Shown: one piece after another, positions 40,179 through 49,717 of the stretch
Position numbering within the stretch: position 1 is the first letter of the stretch
How the letters are laid out: each line of letters opens with the position of its first letter
DNA from: an uncultured cyanobacterium
GTDB lineage: Bacteria > Cyanobacteriota > Cyanobacteriia > Cyanobacteriales > Nostocaceae
Direction: 5' to 3'
Assembly (NCBI GenBank): GCA_963740315.1
Contig: CAVUDP010000002.1
Span: 3,392,001 to 3,456,000 of the forward strand
Length of the DNA stretch: 64,000 nt
Position numbers and translations under genes: made by a program
The notes under the pieces: generated by a model
What the model was told of the DNA's origin: nothing
What the model saw: the letters and a program-made list of their open reading frames with translations, nothing else
Databases searched by the model: none

Positions 40179-40583
40179 TTATCGGCGTAAGGAAAGTAAC
40201 TCTTGCGGAGAAGCCAACAGTTTAATTTTCACATCCAAAATTTCAAGGTTTTGATTTAGAACAAACACCCAAGATACGTTTATACTAAACCAAGGAGTTT
40301 CGACTTCACCCGCAACTTTAACTTGGGTTTGGTTATCTTCTAAGCTTTCCTTGGCACCTTCACGAGGATGAGCCTTAATATCAATTGCTTCCTTGTTTAA
40401 ATAAGTCAAAATAGCATCTCTTCCAACAATCCCTGATTCAAAGGGAGGATGCATTACACCGTTTAGAGCAAATAAGTCAGCAGTTTTTTCATAATCGCCC
40501 GCATTTAAGCTTGCAAAATATTGCTCTATAGTTGGTTCGTTGATTCCTTGAATTGCGATCGATTGCGATTGGACTGCACTCAT
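40179..40583 (-). CDS. OCP C-terminal domain homologue (CTDH, NTF2-like)
   Basis: PPFESGIVG, GEVETPWF, KLLASPQELL resemble the OCP CTD; adjacent to HCP. Confidence 0.88.
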   Translation of the reverse strand: MSAVQSQSIAIQGINEPTIEQYFASLNAGDYEKTADLFALNGVMHPPFESGIVGRDAILTYLNKEAIDIKAHPREGAKESLEDNQTQVKVAGEVETPWFSINVSWVFVLNQNLEILDVKIKLLASPQELLSLRR

Positions 40584-40878
40584 AAAATTACCCGTATTAA
40601 TTGCTGATAGTAGTTATTTGAATACAAAAGCTAACCTCTTTGAAAGCTGCTTTAGAAATAATCTACTTTGAGCGAACTACTTCTTTAGGTAGAAGATTAA
40701 AAATCTATTTGATTTTGGATTTTAGATTTTAGATTTTAGATTAAAAAATTTATGGGCTAAAAATTAGTTTTCCTTGTCGGTATTAAAAGAAGACGGAATT
40801 AATGTAAGGTGGGATTAACGCCCACCCCACAATCAAGCGGTTGTATTAGTTAAAAAATATAGACTGACTCTCAGTTTT

Positions 40879-41397
40879 TTAATCAGCTAAAGAGTCAACA
40901 CCCATATCGGTGACAACTCTGCGAAGTACGGTAATTTGTTGACCAAAATCTAGTTCCTTAATGGCTTCCAATAGTTGTGCGCCATCGCGAGATAATTGAT
41001 AATTAGATGGCATTGGTACAACAAAACCTTTAACCATCAATTCTGATAACTCATACCAGAAAGCTAATTTTGTATTAGCGCTGAGAATACCGTAAGCGCG
41101 AGAAACTTGAGTGTTATTTTTTGTAGCCAAATCGCGCATTGCCTGTAATTGTTCGCAGTGAGACATTTGCTTGATTTGATTTAGCAAACCTTCCGCTAAT
41201 TGCAACCGTGCTGCACCTGTAGCAGCAGGAGTGATAGAGCGTCCCATTTCAGTGTATGCAAACCAAAGCACTGCTAAGCGATCGTCTACTCCTAGAGTTT
41301 GGAACACATTTACAGTGGAATTTACCGCATCAATCAACTGAGCCTCGTAGTTGAAATTGGAAAAACCGTTCTTTATTGAATTTGCAGAAAAACTCAT
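40879..41397 (-). CDS. Helical carotenoid protein (OCP N-terminal domain homologue, HCP4/5-like)
   Basis: LAVLWFAYTEMGRSITPAA, KLAFWYEL, QQITVLR..V.DMG. Confidence 0.9.
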   Translation of the reverse strand: MSFSANSIKNGFSNFNYEAQLIDAVNSTVNVFQTLGVDDRLAVLWFAYTEMGRSITPAATGAARLQLAEGLLNQIKQMSHCEQLQAMRDLATKNNTQVSRAYGILSANTKLAFWYELSELMVKGFVVPMPSNYQLSRDGAQLLEAIKELDFGQQITVLRRVVTDMGVDSLAD

Positions 41398-41623
41398 AAT
41401 TGCACCATTCTTTGTAAACTTCGTAGCGAAATATTCACATTAGGAAGGATTTACTTGTATGTTGCTTTACCTTCTACCTGCTATTGTGCATACAAACTTT
41501 ACAAATAGCAAATAAAATTTACAAATAGGTGAATTAGCAACAATTAGCTAATATAAAACAGGGGATCGTAATGGCAGTATATGATAGGGGTGCGGTTTTC
41601 GGGCAAATCTTAAAATAAGATAA

Positions 41624-42577
41624 ATGAATCAATCATCCTCCTTAAGTAGCACACAAATTAAGGAAAAAGCGCTAGAGTTGGGATTTCATAAAGTGGGTAT
41701 AGCTGCTGTAAATGTTACACAAACCAGCGTGCAGAGATTACAAGCCTGGTTAGCCCTGGGGTATCATGCCGATATGGAATGGATGCAAAACCCCAAGCGC
41801 CAAAATATAAAATTAGTCATGCCAGAAGTGCGATCGCTAATTTGTGTCGCCTTAAATTACTATACAGAGCATCAACGCCCCGAAGAAAAAGAATATGGAA
41901 AAATTTCTCGGTATGCGTGGGGAAGAGATTATCACAAAGTTGTCCAAAAAAAATTGAAAGCGCTCTCAAATTGGTTGGAGTCATTCGGTGAAGAAATTAA
42001 AACCAGACATTATATAGATACAGCACCAATCCAAGATAAAGTTTGGGCGCAACAAGCGGGGATCGGTTGGATTGCTAAAAATGGTAACGTAATTACTAGG
42101 GAATATGGTTCTTGGGTGTTTTTGGCAGAAATTCTCACAAATTTAGAATTAACCCCGGATACTCCTCATACCCAACATTGTGGAAGTTGCACTCGATGTA
42201 TTGAAAGTTGTCCCACCGACGCAATTAGACAGCCATTTGTAGTAGATGCCAATCGCTGCATTGCTTACCATACAATTGAAAACCGCGATGATGAATTACC
42301 TGAAAATATTGCATCTAAGTTAGACGGGTGGGTGGCAGGTTGTGATATTTGTCAAGACGTTTGCCCTTGGAATCAACGTTTTGCAAATACTACCGATGTC
42401 GAAGAATTTCAACCTTACTCTGGGAATATTGCTCCCAAGCTGATAGAATTAGCCAGAATCACAGATGAAAAGTGGGACAAGCAATTTCCCGCATCGGCAT
42501 TACGGCGAATCAAGCCAAAAATGTTACGAAGAAATGCCCGTGCTAATCTTGAAGCATCACGTCAACCGAAAGAATGA
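41624..42577 (+). CDS. queG: Epoxyqueuosine reductase
   Basis: ISRYAWGRDYH, CGSCTRCIESCP, GCDICQDVCPWN. Confidence 0.95.
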   Translation: MNQSSSLSSTQIKEKALELGFHKVGIAAVNVTQTSVQRLQAWLALGYHADMEWMQNPKRQNIKLVMPEVRSLICVALNYYTEHQRPEEKEYGKISRYAWGRDYHKVVQKKLKALSNWLESFGEEIKTRHYIDTAPIQDKVWAQQAGIGWIAKNGNVITREYGSWVFLAEILTNLELTPDTPHTQHCGSCTRCIESCPTDAIRQPFVVDANRCIAYHTIENRDDELPENIASKLDGWVAGCDICQDVCPWNQRFANTTDVEEFQPYSGNIAPKLIELARITDEKWDKQFPASALRRIKPKMLRRNARANLEASRQPKE

Positions 42578-43212
42578 CCCAGAAAGTAATTATTTTTGAT
42601 TTTGATGGCACGATCGCCGATACGTTAGATGCGTTAGTAAGTATTGCCAATAGTTTAGCTATAGAGTTTAATTACGCGCAAATTGCTCCAGAAGAACTTC
42701 TGATACTCAAAAATTTAACTTCTAGAGAAATTTTTAAGTATTCTGGGATTCCTTTATTCAAAATACCTTTTTTGCTCAAGAAGGTTAAGAGAGAGTTAAC
42801 AAAAAAAATTCCCGAACTAAAACCAATCCCAGGAATTCAAGAAGCTTTAATAGAACTCAAAGACAATGGTTCGAGGTTAGGTATCATAACTTCTAATTCT
42901 AAAGGTAACGTTGAAGAGTTTCTCAAAGTAAATAATCTAGATAACCTGTTCGAGTTTATTTATCCTGGAATCGCGATTTTTGGGAAAAATACAGTAATTA
43001 ATAATGTCTTGAGGCAAAAACAGATCAAAACTGAAGAAGTTCTATATGTAGGAGATGAAACCAGAGATATTGAAGCCTCAAGAAAAGCTAACGTAAAAGT
43101 TTGTAGCGTGACTTGGGGTTTTAATTCAGAAGAAGCATTAATTAATGAAAATCCAGATTACTTAATTCATCATCCCAGAGAGTTGGTGGAAGTGGTGAAG
43201 AATATTTGTTAA
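42574..43212 (+). CDS. HAD-family hydrolase (phosphoglycolate phosphatase-like)
   Basis: FDFDGT, TSN, VGDETRD; 4-nt overlap with queG. Confidence 0.9.
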   Translation: MTQKVIIFDFDGTIADTLDALVSIANSLAIEFNYAQIAPEELLILKNLTSREIFKYSGIPLFKIPFLLKKVKRELTKKIPELKPIPGIQEALIELKDNGSRLGIITSNSKGNVEEFLKVNNLDNLFEFIYPGIAIFGKNTVINNVLRQKQIKTEEVLYVGDETRDIEASRKANVKVCSVTWGFNSEEALINENPDYLIHHPRELVEVVKNIC

Positions 43213-43471
43213 GAATTGGGCATGGGCAGAAAAACCACCGGAGTTACTCCCGTAGCAGTACATTACCGGAAAAAACCCGACTCCAAAAGTGTGGTTTTAG
43301 GAGCATCCTAAATTTTTAATTTTGTAGTGCGAGCCGAAAACGGTTGTCCCCACCGCCTCCAGTTTTGTTTGTTGAAAGGCGATAGACTACGCCTTGCCCA
43401 TAGGCGATCGCATTACTAGTCTAAGTGAAATTCAACAATTGCTGAAATTTGGTAGTAGCAGTACTCAAATA

Positions 43472-44128
43472 TTAAGCAGTTTTACATCGTCGGCGCAATA
43501 AAATAGCTCCTATTATACCTATCCCAGTTAATGCAAAACTATTGTTTGATTCTGGAATTTGAGTTGCGGATACTTTAATTGTGCCAGTTATCTTTACAGA
43601 ACCTGTACTAGAACTCGTTGGATCTGTTAAAAGATTGCCAATTTGATAAACTTCAGAACCAGTAAGCGTCCCAGTTGCACCTTGAAATAAACCTTCACCA
43701 CCAGTGATAATGTTAGTATTAGTGCCAGTAGTGGTCAAATTTGCTAAATCAATAACTCCCGTACCGTTTTCAACTGCATAAAATAGTTTATTGTCGCCTT
43801 CTCCAAATAACGTCACTCCACCTTGCGGTAAGTCTTGTAAGCCAAATGTTTCTGGATTACTACTAAAGCTGTAAGAATTGTTACTTAAATCAGATTTGAC
43901 ATAAAGTAAACCACTAGCTTTAGTTAAACCAAAAGGTGCATTATTACTTTCTCCTGATACAGTCTGTGATGCTATCTCTTCAGTGATGGGATTAAGTAGG
44001 GTAGATGATGCGTCATAAGTTGCCTCAAATGGGTAGACAGTTTGTGCTTTTGCGCTTTCTACAGTTGTCCCAAAACCAACTAAAGTAAGGACTCCCGGAA
44101 TCAACCACGAAACATATGAACGAAGCAT
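43472..44128 (-). CDS. PEP-CTERM-type exported protein
   Basis: Signal peptide, IITGGEGLFQGATG motif, C-terminal IPES + short TM + RRR. Confidence 0.85.
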   Translation of the reverse strand: MLRSYVSWLIPGVLTLVGFGTTVESAKAQTVYPFEATYDASSTLLNPITEEIASQTVSGESNNAPFGLTKASGLLYVKSDLSNNSYSFSSNPETFGLQDLPQGGVTLFGEGDNKLFYAVENGTGVIDLANLTTTGTNTNIITGGEGLFQGATGTLTGSEVYQIGNLLTDPTSSSTGSVKITGTIKVSATQIPESNNSFALTGIGIIGAILLRRRCKTA

Positions 44129-44189
44129 AATTACTAGATTTATAGTTTAAATTACTGAAGATATAATACAACAATTAAAAAGTTTTACT

Positions 44190-44550
44190 TAATTACCCAA
44201 ACGGCTACCACCACCGCACCCAGTTTTCTTTATTGAAACGCGATCGCCATTTTTGTATCAATGCTTGTTCTAACTGCTGCCGTTTTTTAGTTGAAGTTGA
44301 TGTATCTTACCAAAAGCCAATGTTTATCGCAGTTTTCAAATTGTAGCGGTAGTGTAAAATCTTGGTAACTAGCAATGTAATCTTTACAAAGGAAATACTT
44401 TTGCGACCGCGATCGCCTCACCAACGTGCAAACCGATAACTTAACTCACGCAAATCTACCTTCATCGCCAGGGATATTAAAAATTGCAGTTGCCGTGCTA
44501 AAAACCTATTATCAAAGCTATCGGAGCATTTGTAGCCCAACTCACGTTCA
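44190..44550 (-). pseudogene. Degraded cyanobacterial GIY-YIG-family nuclease gene
   Basis: Broken frames read CKDYIASYQD, RYNLKTAINI and KKRQQLEQALIQKWRSRFNKENWVRW; frameshifts and stops. Family name recalled, not searched. Confidence 0.5.
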
Positions 44551-44554
44551 AATA

Positions 44555-45892
44555 TTAGTCATCACATCGAAGTTTAAGAATTATATTTATAAGCTCCTCT
44601 ATCGTCACAACTTTACCGTCATCATCAAGAATTTCAATATCAAATTCCGACTCGATAAACAATATCAGTTCTTGCCCATCTAAAACATCCATTCCTAATG
44701 AATTTTCAGGTGCATCATACATGGACGAATTATTAGAAGATAAACTACCCCAAAAGCTTGAACTGATAGGTTTAAAATTAGTAAAACTTCCAAAAAATAC
44801 TGTGGAATCAAGCATTATCTTGTCTAAACTAAAACCACATGAGTCGGAAAGATAATGCTGTAACTTTCTAAAAATATCTTCAGTTTGTAAAAGTTCTTTT
44901 TGCTCTTGTTGATTTGTACTTGCTTTTATATCGAGATTAGGATATATAAGCTCAGATTTATGATTTATAGTTTTATCAATATCATTTATACATTCTAATC
45001 TATCTTTTTTTACTGAAGCTTCTAATGACTGCTTCTCGGTATTTTCTATATCTAATTCGAGCAAATATTGAGTGGCTTTAATTTTTATTTCATCTTCTAA
45101 AGTTGCTATTTTGTTTTGTAAATCTGGTACGATACCATACTTGAATTCTGCGAGTTTGTTAAGATCGTAGTTTTTTTCTGCTTGTGCAATTTCAGCATCG
45201 ACGCTATTAAAAGTATATTGCAATTCTTCTAAAGTCCTAAATTCTTTCTCGTATTTTACTGCGATAGCAAGTGCTGTTCTAATTTCAAATGGCTCACACT
45301 TGGCAATATCAATTATACGATTAATTTTATTTGCATCCTTAATTACAGAAGAACTGACTTTATCTTCAATTTTTTTTGCTGTCTCTTCAATGAAATTTAA
45401 AATATTCCAGGCATGAATGTATTGTTGAACGTATTTTAGACTTAAAGCACTTCCAATAGCTTTCATAAGTGAATCATAGAATTCTTGTCCAAGCTTCGCT
45501 ATGATTTTCTCTGAAGTTATGCTTGGATGACGTAAGTATAGTTGGATGGCAGTATAATAAGCAGCTATACGTGCAGAAACACGAACATGAATCTCTAAAC
45601 TTTTCACTGAGAAATTAACCCCAGGGGTACTTTCTTGTAAAGTATTTGTACAGACATGGAGCAATATTTCCATATCAGCACTTAATTTACTAATGCGTCC
45701 AGTATGATAAATTTCAATTGCTTGCTCTAATGTTGGAATATACTCTTCTTTATTCAAACGCTCGCCTAAGTCATGACCAAACTCGTAAGCTGATTTGTCA
45801 TTAAAATACTCCAAATTTTCACTGTCCAAAGATAATGGTCGAATAGAGTTAGCTAAATTAATCAGTTCGTCAAGCTTTTTTGTTATCTCCAT
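44555..45892 (-). CDS. Hypothetical fusion protein: ClpB M-domain-like coil + C-terminal ACP-like domain
   Basis: EIAQAEKNYDLNKLAEFKYG segment; C-terminal LGMDVLDGQELILFIESEFDIEILD...TIEELINII. Confidence 0.7.
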   Translation of the reverse strand: MEITKKLDELINLANSIRPLSLDSENLEYFNDKSAYEFGHDLGERLNKEEYIPTLEQAIEIYHTGRISKLSADMEILLHVCTNTLQESTPGVNFSVKSLEIHVRVSARIAAYYTAIQLYLRHPSITSEKIIAKLGQEFYDSLMKAIGSALSLKYVQQYIHAWNILNFIEETAKKIEDKVSSSVIKDANKINRIIDIAKCEPFEIRTALAIAVKYEKEFRTLEELQYTFNSVDAEIAQAEKNYDLNKLAEFKYGIVPDLQNKIATLEDEIKIKATQYLLELDIENTEKQSLEASVKKDRLECINDIDKTINHKSELIYPNLDIKASTNQQEQKELLQTEDIFRKLQHYLSDSCGFSLDKIMLDSTVFFGSFTNFKPISSSFWGSLSSNNSSMYDAPENSLGMDVLDGQELILFIESEFDIEILDDDGKVVTIEELINIILKLRCDD

Positions 45893-46097
45893 AAATCAAG
45901 TTCCCAATACGATTGATACGTGAGTTAAATTTATTTTACGATTTTTATCAATATATTGACGTAGATATGAAGCTTATATTTTGTAATCCAGTACACACCG
46001 TATATATATTCAAGCTGTACGGTACGAAATTATATAATGATTGTGCGAATTGCAATGAGTTTACGTATATAGCTTTGAGAATTAGAGCTATCGTACT

Positions 46098-46205
46098 TAG
46101 TAGTGCATTTCATTAATTCCGACGGTTTGTAGAGACGTAGCACTGCTACGTCTCCCGCCGTTTAGGAGAAAACTAACCCATCAAATTTAATGCAATCGAC
46201 TATTA
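46098..46205. mobile_element. MITE-like element with GTAGAGACGTAGCA/TGCTACGTCTC core
   Basis: Ends TAGTAGTGCATTTCATTAATT and ACCCATCAAATTTAATG shared with copies near 16424-16546 and 39070-39190. Confidence 0.6.
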
Positions 46206-46249
46206 GTTCTAAGAGGATGTTTAAAGCAGGTTTGTAGTAATTATCATTT

Positions 46250-47329
46250 TTATTTAAACAATGATAATTGAACGATTTCCAGTTCCTTTTTATTATCAAG
46301 ATTAGATAGCGAAATCCCCAACAGCCGAATACTTTTATCTTCCAGATCGATAGCTTTAATTAATGAAGAAGCTTCAGTAATAATCGCATCTAAACTATTA
46401 ATACTATTTGCCAAAGTACGAGAGCGCGTGATTTGTTGATAATCAGAAAACTTTACTTTCAAAGTTAAAGTCCTACCCGCAGCTTGATGTTTATCAATAC
46501 GTTTATGAAGCGTGCGAGCAATTTGTTCTAGTTCTTGTAATATCGCTGTGCGATCGCTCAAATCCTGGGCAAACGAATTTTCTGCTCCGATTGACTTACG
46601 GATACGATTCGCCTCAACCGCTCGGTTATCCTTTGCTCTAGCAATGTTGTAATAGTAATTACCAGATTTGCCAAACTGCCGGACTAAAAATTCAAGCGAT
46701 CGCTCTTTCAAATCAGCGCCTGTCTTAATATTTAGATCGTGCATTTTAGCAGCAGTCACTTTACCAATGCCGTGGAACTTTTCAATGGGCAATGCTTCTA
46801 CAAATGTTTCAGCATCTTCTGGTAAAATTACTGTCATACCATTGGGCTTATTTATACCCGATGCCATCTTTGCTAAGAACTTATTCATAGAAACCCCAGC
46901 CGACGCGGTGAGGTTGGTTTGTTGGAATATCTCGGCTCGGATATGTCGCGCAACTGTAGAAGCGTAGGGTAATTGCTGCTTATTTTCGGTAACGTCGAGG
47001 TAGGCTTCATCCAAGGCAACTGGTTCAAATGTATCAGTGTAGCGTCTAAAAATATCGTGAATTTGAACCGATATTGCTCGGTAAATATCAAATCTTGGTT
47101 TTGCAAATATAACATTCGGACATTTTGCAACGGCTAATTTTGATGGCATGGCTGAATGTATGCCAAATTTTCTTGCTTCATAACTAGCAGCTGCCACCAC
47201 TCCGCGTTGATTGGGCGAACCACCAACTACCAAAGGTTTGCCTCGGTATTCCGGGTTATCCCGTTGCTCTACCGAAGCGTAAAAAGCATCCATATCAATG
47301 TGAACGATTTTTCTAATCTGGTTCGCCAT
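46250..47329 (-). CDS. dinB: DNA polymerase IV
   Basis: HIDMDAFYASVEQRD, SYEARKFG, LDEAYLD, KPNG, GIGKVT. Confidence 0.96.
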   Translation of the reverse strand: MANQIRKIVHIDMDAFYASVEQRDNPEYRGKPLVVGGSPNQRGVVAAASYEARKFGIHSAMPSKLAVAKCPNVIFAKPRFDIYRAISVQIHDIFRRYTDTFEPVALDEAYLDVTENKQQLPYASTVARHIRAEIFQQTNLTASAGVSMNKFLAKMASGINKPNGMTVILPEDAETFVEALPIEKFHGIGKVTAAKMHDLNIKTGADLKERSLEFLVRQFGKSGNYYYNIARAKDNRAVEANRIRKSIGAENSFAQDLSDRTAILQELEQIARTLHKRIDKHQAAGRTLTLKVKFSDYQQITRSRTLANSINSLDAIITEASSLIKAIDLEDKSIRLLGISLSNLDNKKELEIVQLSLFK

Positions 47330-47533
47330 TAGCGAGAAATAAAAATCAAATAAAAGCGTGTAATTGTACTAATAATGGTTATTTACGTAATTCTATAATT
47401 TTGATTCCGATAAAGTTGTTTTGGATTCTAGTGTTGTACTTCATTTACCCGGCATCGTGCTGTAGCATTTAAGAATTATTTAAAAACAAAAAAGTTCTAA
47501 CCTTTAACCTTTAACCTTTAACCTTTAACCTAA

Positions 47534-48250
47534 TTAAGATACTGCAACAGTATTCAAATCATCCGCAGTTAAATTTGAGTGTATAACTTCGCCGTCGCGA
47601 AACCAAACGATACGTCGTGTTTGACGTGCAACTTCTGATTCGTGAGTTACCATCACAACGGTGATTCCGGTACTATTAAGCTCGGTAAAAATATCTAATA
47701 CTTCTTGAGTTGTGTGCGAGTCAAGTGCGCCAGTAGGTTCATCGGCTAAAATTACAACCGGACGATTAACAATAGCACGAGCGATCGCCACACGTTGCTG
47801 TTGTCCACCCGATAGCTGATTGGGTTTATTATTCAAGCGGTTTTCTAAACCAACTCTTTTCAACGCTTCGATTCCTCTATCTCGTCTTTCGGATTTAGAT
47901 ATGCCAGCGTAAAGCATCGGTAGCATGACATTTTCTAATGCTGTAAGTTGCTGTAATAAGTGAAATTGCTGAAAAACAAAACCTAATTTTTTATTGCGAG
48001 TATGTGCTAATTGAGTATCATCCATTTGCGCCACATCCACATTATCTAAATAATATTTTCCCGACGTAGGACGATCTAAACAACCGATAATATTCATAGC
48101 CGTAGACTTACCAGAACCACTAGGTCCCATAATCGAACAATATTCGCCTTCTTCTACAGTCAAATTTACATTCGACAGTGCTTTTACCTCAGTTGCCCCG
48201 CTACCGTAAATTTTAAAAATATCTTCTAAGCGAATTATTATACTAGTCAT
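47534..48250 (-). CDS. ABC transporter ATP-binding protein (MacB/LolD-like)
   Basis: [26 protein letters not shown]. Confidence 0.93.
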   Translation of the reverse strand: MTSIIIRLEDIFKIYGSGATEVKALSNVNLTVEEGEYCSIMGPSGSGKSTAMNIIGCLDRPTSGKYYLDNVDVAQMDDTQLAHTRNKKLGFVFQQFHLLQQLTALENVMLPMLYAGISKSERRDRGIEALKRVGLENRLNNKPNQLSGGQQQRVAIARAIVNRPVVILADEPTGALDSHTTQEVLDIFTELNSTGITVVMVTHESEVARQTRRIVWFRDGEVIHSNLTADDLNTVAVS

Positions 48251-48348
48251 TTCAATTTTAGATTTTAGATTTTAGATTTTAGATTTTAGATTTATTAGTC
48301 AGTAATTAACTGATAATCGTTCACTGGTAACTGGTAACTGGTAACTGC

Positions 48349-49569
48349 TCACGCGCTTCTTAAAGCTACAATTGGGTCGAGTTTGGCGGCGCGACGTGCG
48401 GGAATAATGCCGAAAAATAAACCGATCGCGCCAGAAACACCAACGGCGGAAATAATTGCCACACTTGAAATTCCGGCTTCTAAGGGACTAAAAGCTGCTA
48501 CTAAGAAAATGCCGCTAACGCCAACCGCAGTACCAATTAAACCGCCAGCAGCTGAAACAATTACTGCTTCGATCGTGAACTGTAATAAGATATCTTGTTG
48601 AGTCGCACCAATTGCTTTTCTTAATCCGATTTCTTGAGTGCGTTCGGTAACGGAAACAAGCATAATATTCATGATGCCGATGCCGCCAACAAACAAGGAA
48701 ATACTTGCGATCGCAGCTAGCATAATTGTTAACGCGCCGGTTATTTGCCCGACTGTAGCTTGGGCATCTTTCTGGGAACGAACGGTAAAATCATCTTCAC
48801 CAATTGTTTTGTGTCGCAAACGCAATAAATTCCTAATTTGAAATTCTGCGGCATCTACACTATCACCATTAATTGCAGAAATTACCAGATAATCTAGGGC
48901 AATTCCATAGGGAGAATTTTTTCCTACAAGTCGGTTTGCTGAGGTTGTGATAGGTATCAATGCGGCTTCATCGTAATTAGCACCACCCAATCCCGAACCT
49001 TTACCAACTAAAGTTCCAATAATTTGAAAGCTGGTATTTTTAATCCGCATTTGCTTTCCTAAAGGATTAGCGGTACCAAAAAGTTTTTCTGCTAAATCGG
49101 CACCTAATACAACTACTTGATTGCTGCGTTTAATATCGATTTCATTAAAAAACCGTCCTTTGGCAACTTCAAAATCCCGCACAAATGGAAAACCGGGAGT
49201 AGTGCCAATGATATTGACATCGGTATTTCTATTACCATAAGTCACCACATACCTTCGATTTAACTCCGGTGCAACTCCCGCGACTGTCGGAACTTGAGTT
49301 GCAACAGCTTGAGCATCTGCCAATACCAAGGTTCTAGGAATCTCAAAACTAATCCGCTGAGTTTCTTGATTTCCTGGAATTACAAATAGTACATTTGGTC
49401 CGAGAGATTCCAACTGTTTGTTAACAAACTTTTGTCCCCCTTCACCAATACCAATCATGGCAATTACCGAAGCATTACCAATAACAATGCCTAACATGGT
49501 AAGGGCGCTACGTAATTTATTTGATAGCAGGGTTGTACCCGCCATTTGCACGCTTTCTAAAAAGTTCAT
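48349..49569 (-). CDS. ABC transporter permease (MacB/FtsX family)
   Basis: RSALTMLGIVIG, GGIGIMNIMLVSVTERTQEIG, PARRAAKLDP. Confidence 0.93.
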   Translation of the reverse strand: MNFLESVQMAGTTLLSNKLRSALTMLGIVIGNASVIAMIGIGEGGQKFVNKQLESLGPNVLFVIPGNQETQRISFEIPRTLVLADAQAVATQVPTVAGVAPELNRRYVVTYGNRNTDVNIIGTTPGFPFVRDFEVAKGRFFNEIDIKRSNQVVVLGADLAEKLFGTANPLGKQMRIKNTSFQIIGTLVGKGSGLGGANYDEAALIPITTSANRLVGKNSPYGIALDYLVISAINGDSVDAAEFQIRNLLRLRHKTIGEDDFTVRSQKDAQATVGQITGALTIMLAAIASISLFVGGIGIMNIMLVSVTERTQEIGLRKAIGATQQDILLQFTIEAVIVSAAGGLIGTAVGVSGIFLVAAFSPLEAGISSVAIISAVGVSGAIGLFFGIIPARRAAKLDPIVALRSA

Positions 49570-49717
49570 GTATTAGGTGTTAGTTGTTAGTTGTTAGTTG
49601 CTAGGAGTTAGGAGTTAGGAGTTAGGAGTTAGGAGTTAGGAGTTATGAGTTATGAGTTATGAGTTAAAAATTATCTACCCCCTCTACCCCCTCTACCCCA
49701 TCTACCCCCTCTCCCCA

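Noticed and set aside
47330..47460. LexA box upstream of dinB
   Set aside because: Only GTAC half-sites are seen; no full cyanobacterial RGTAC-N3-DGTWCB match.
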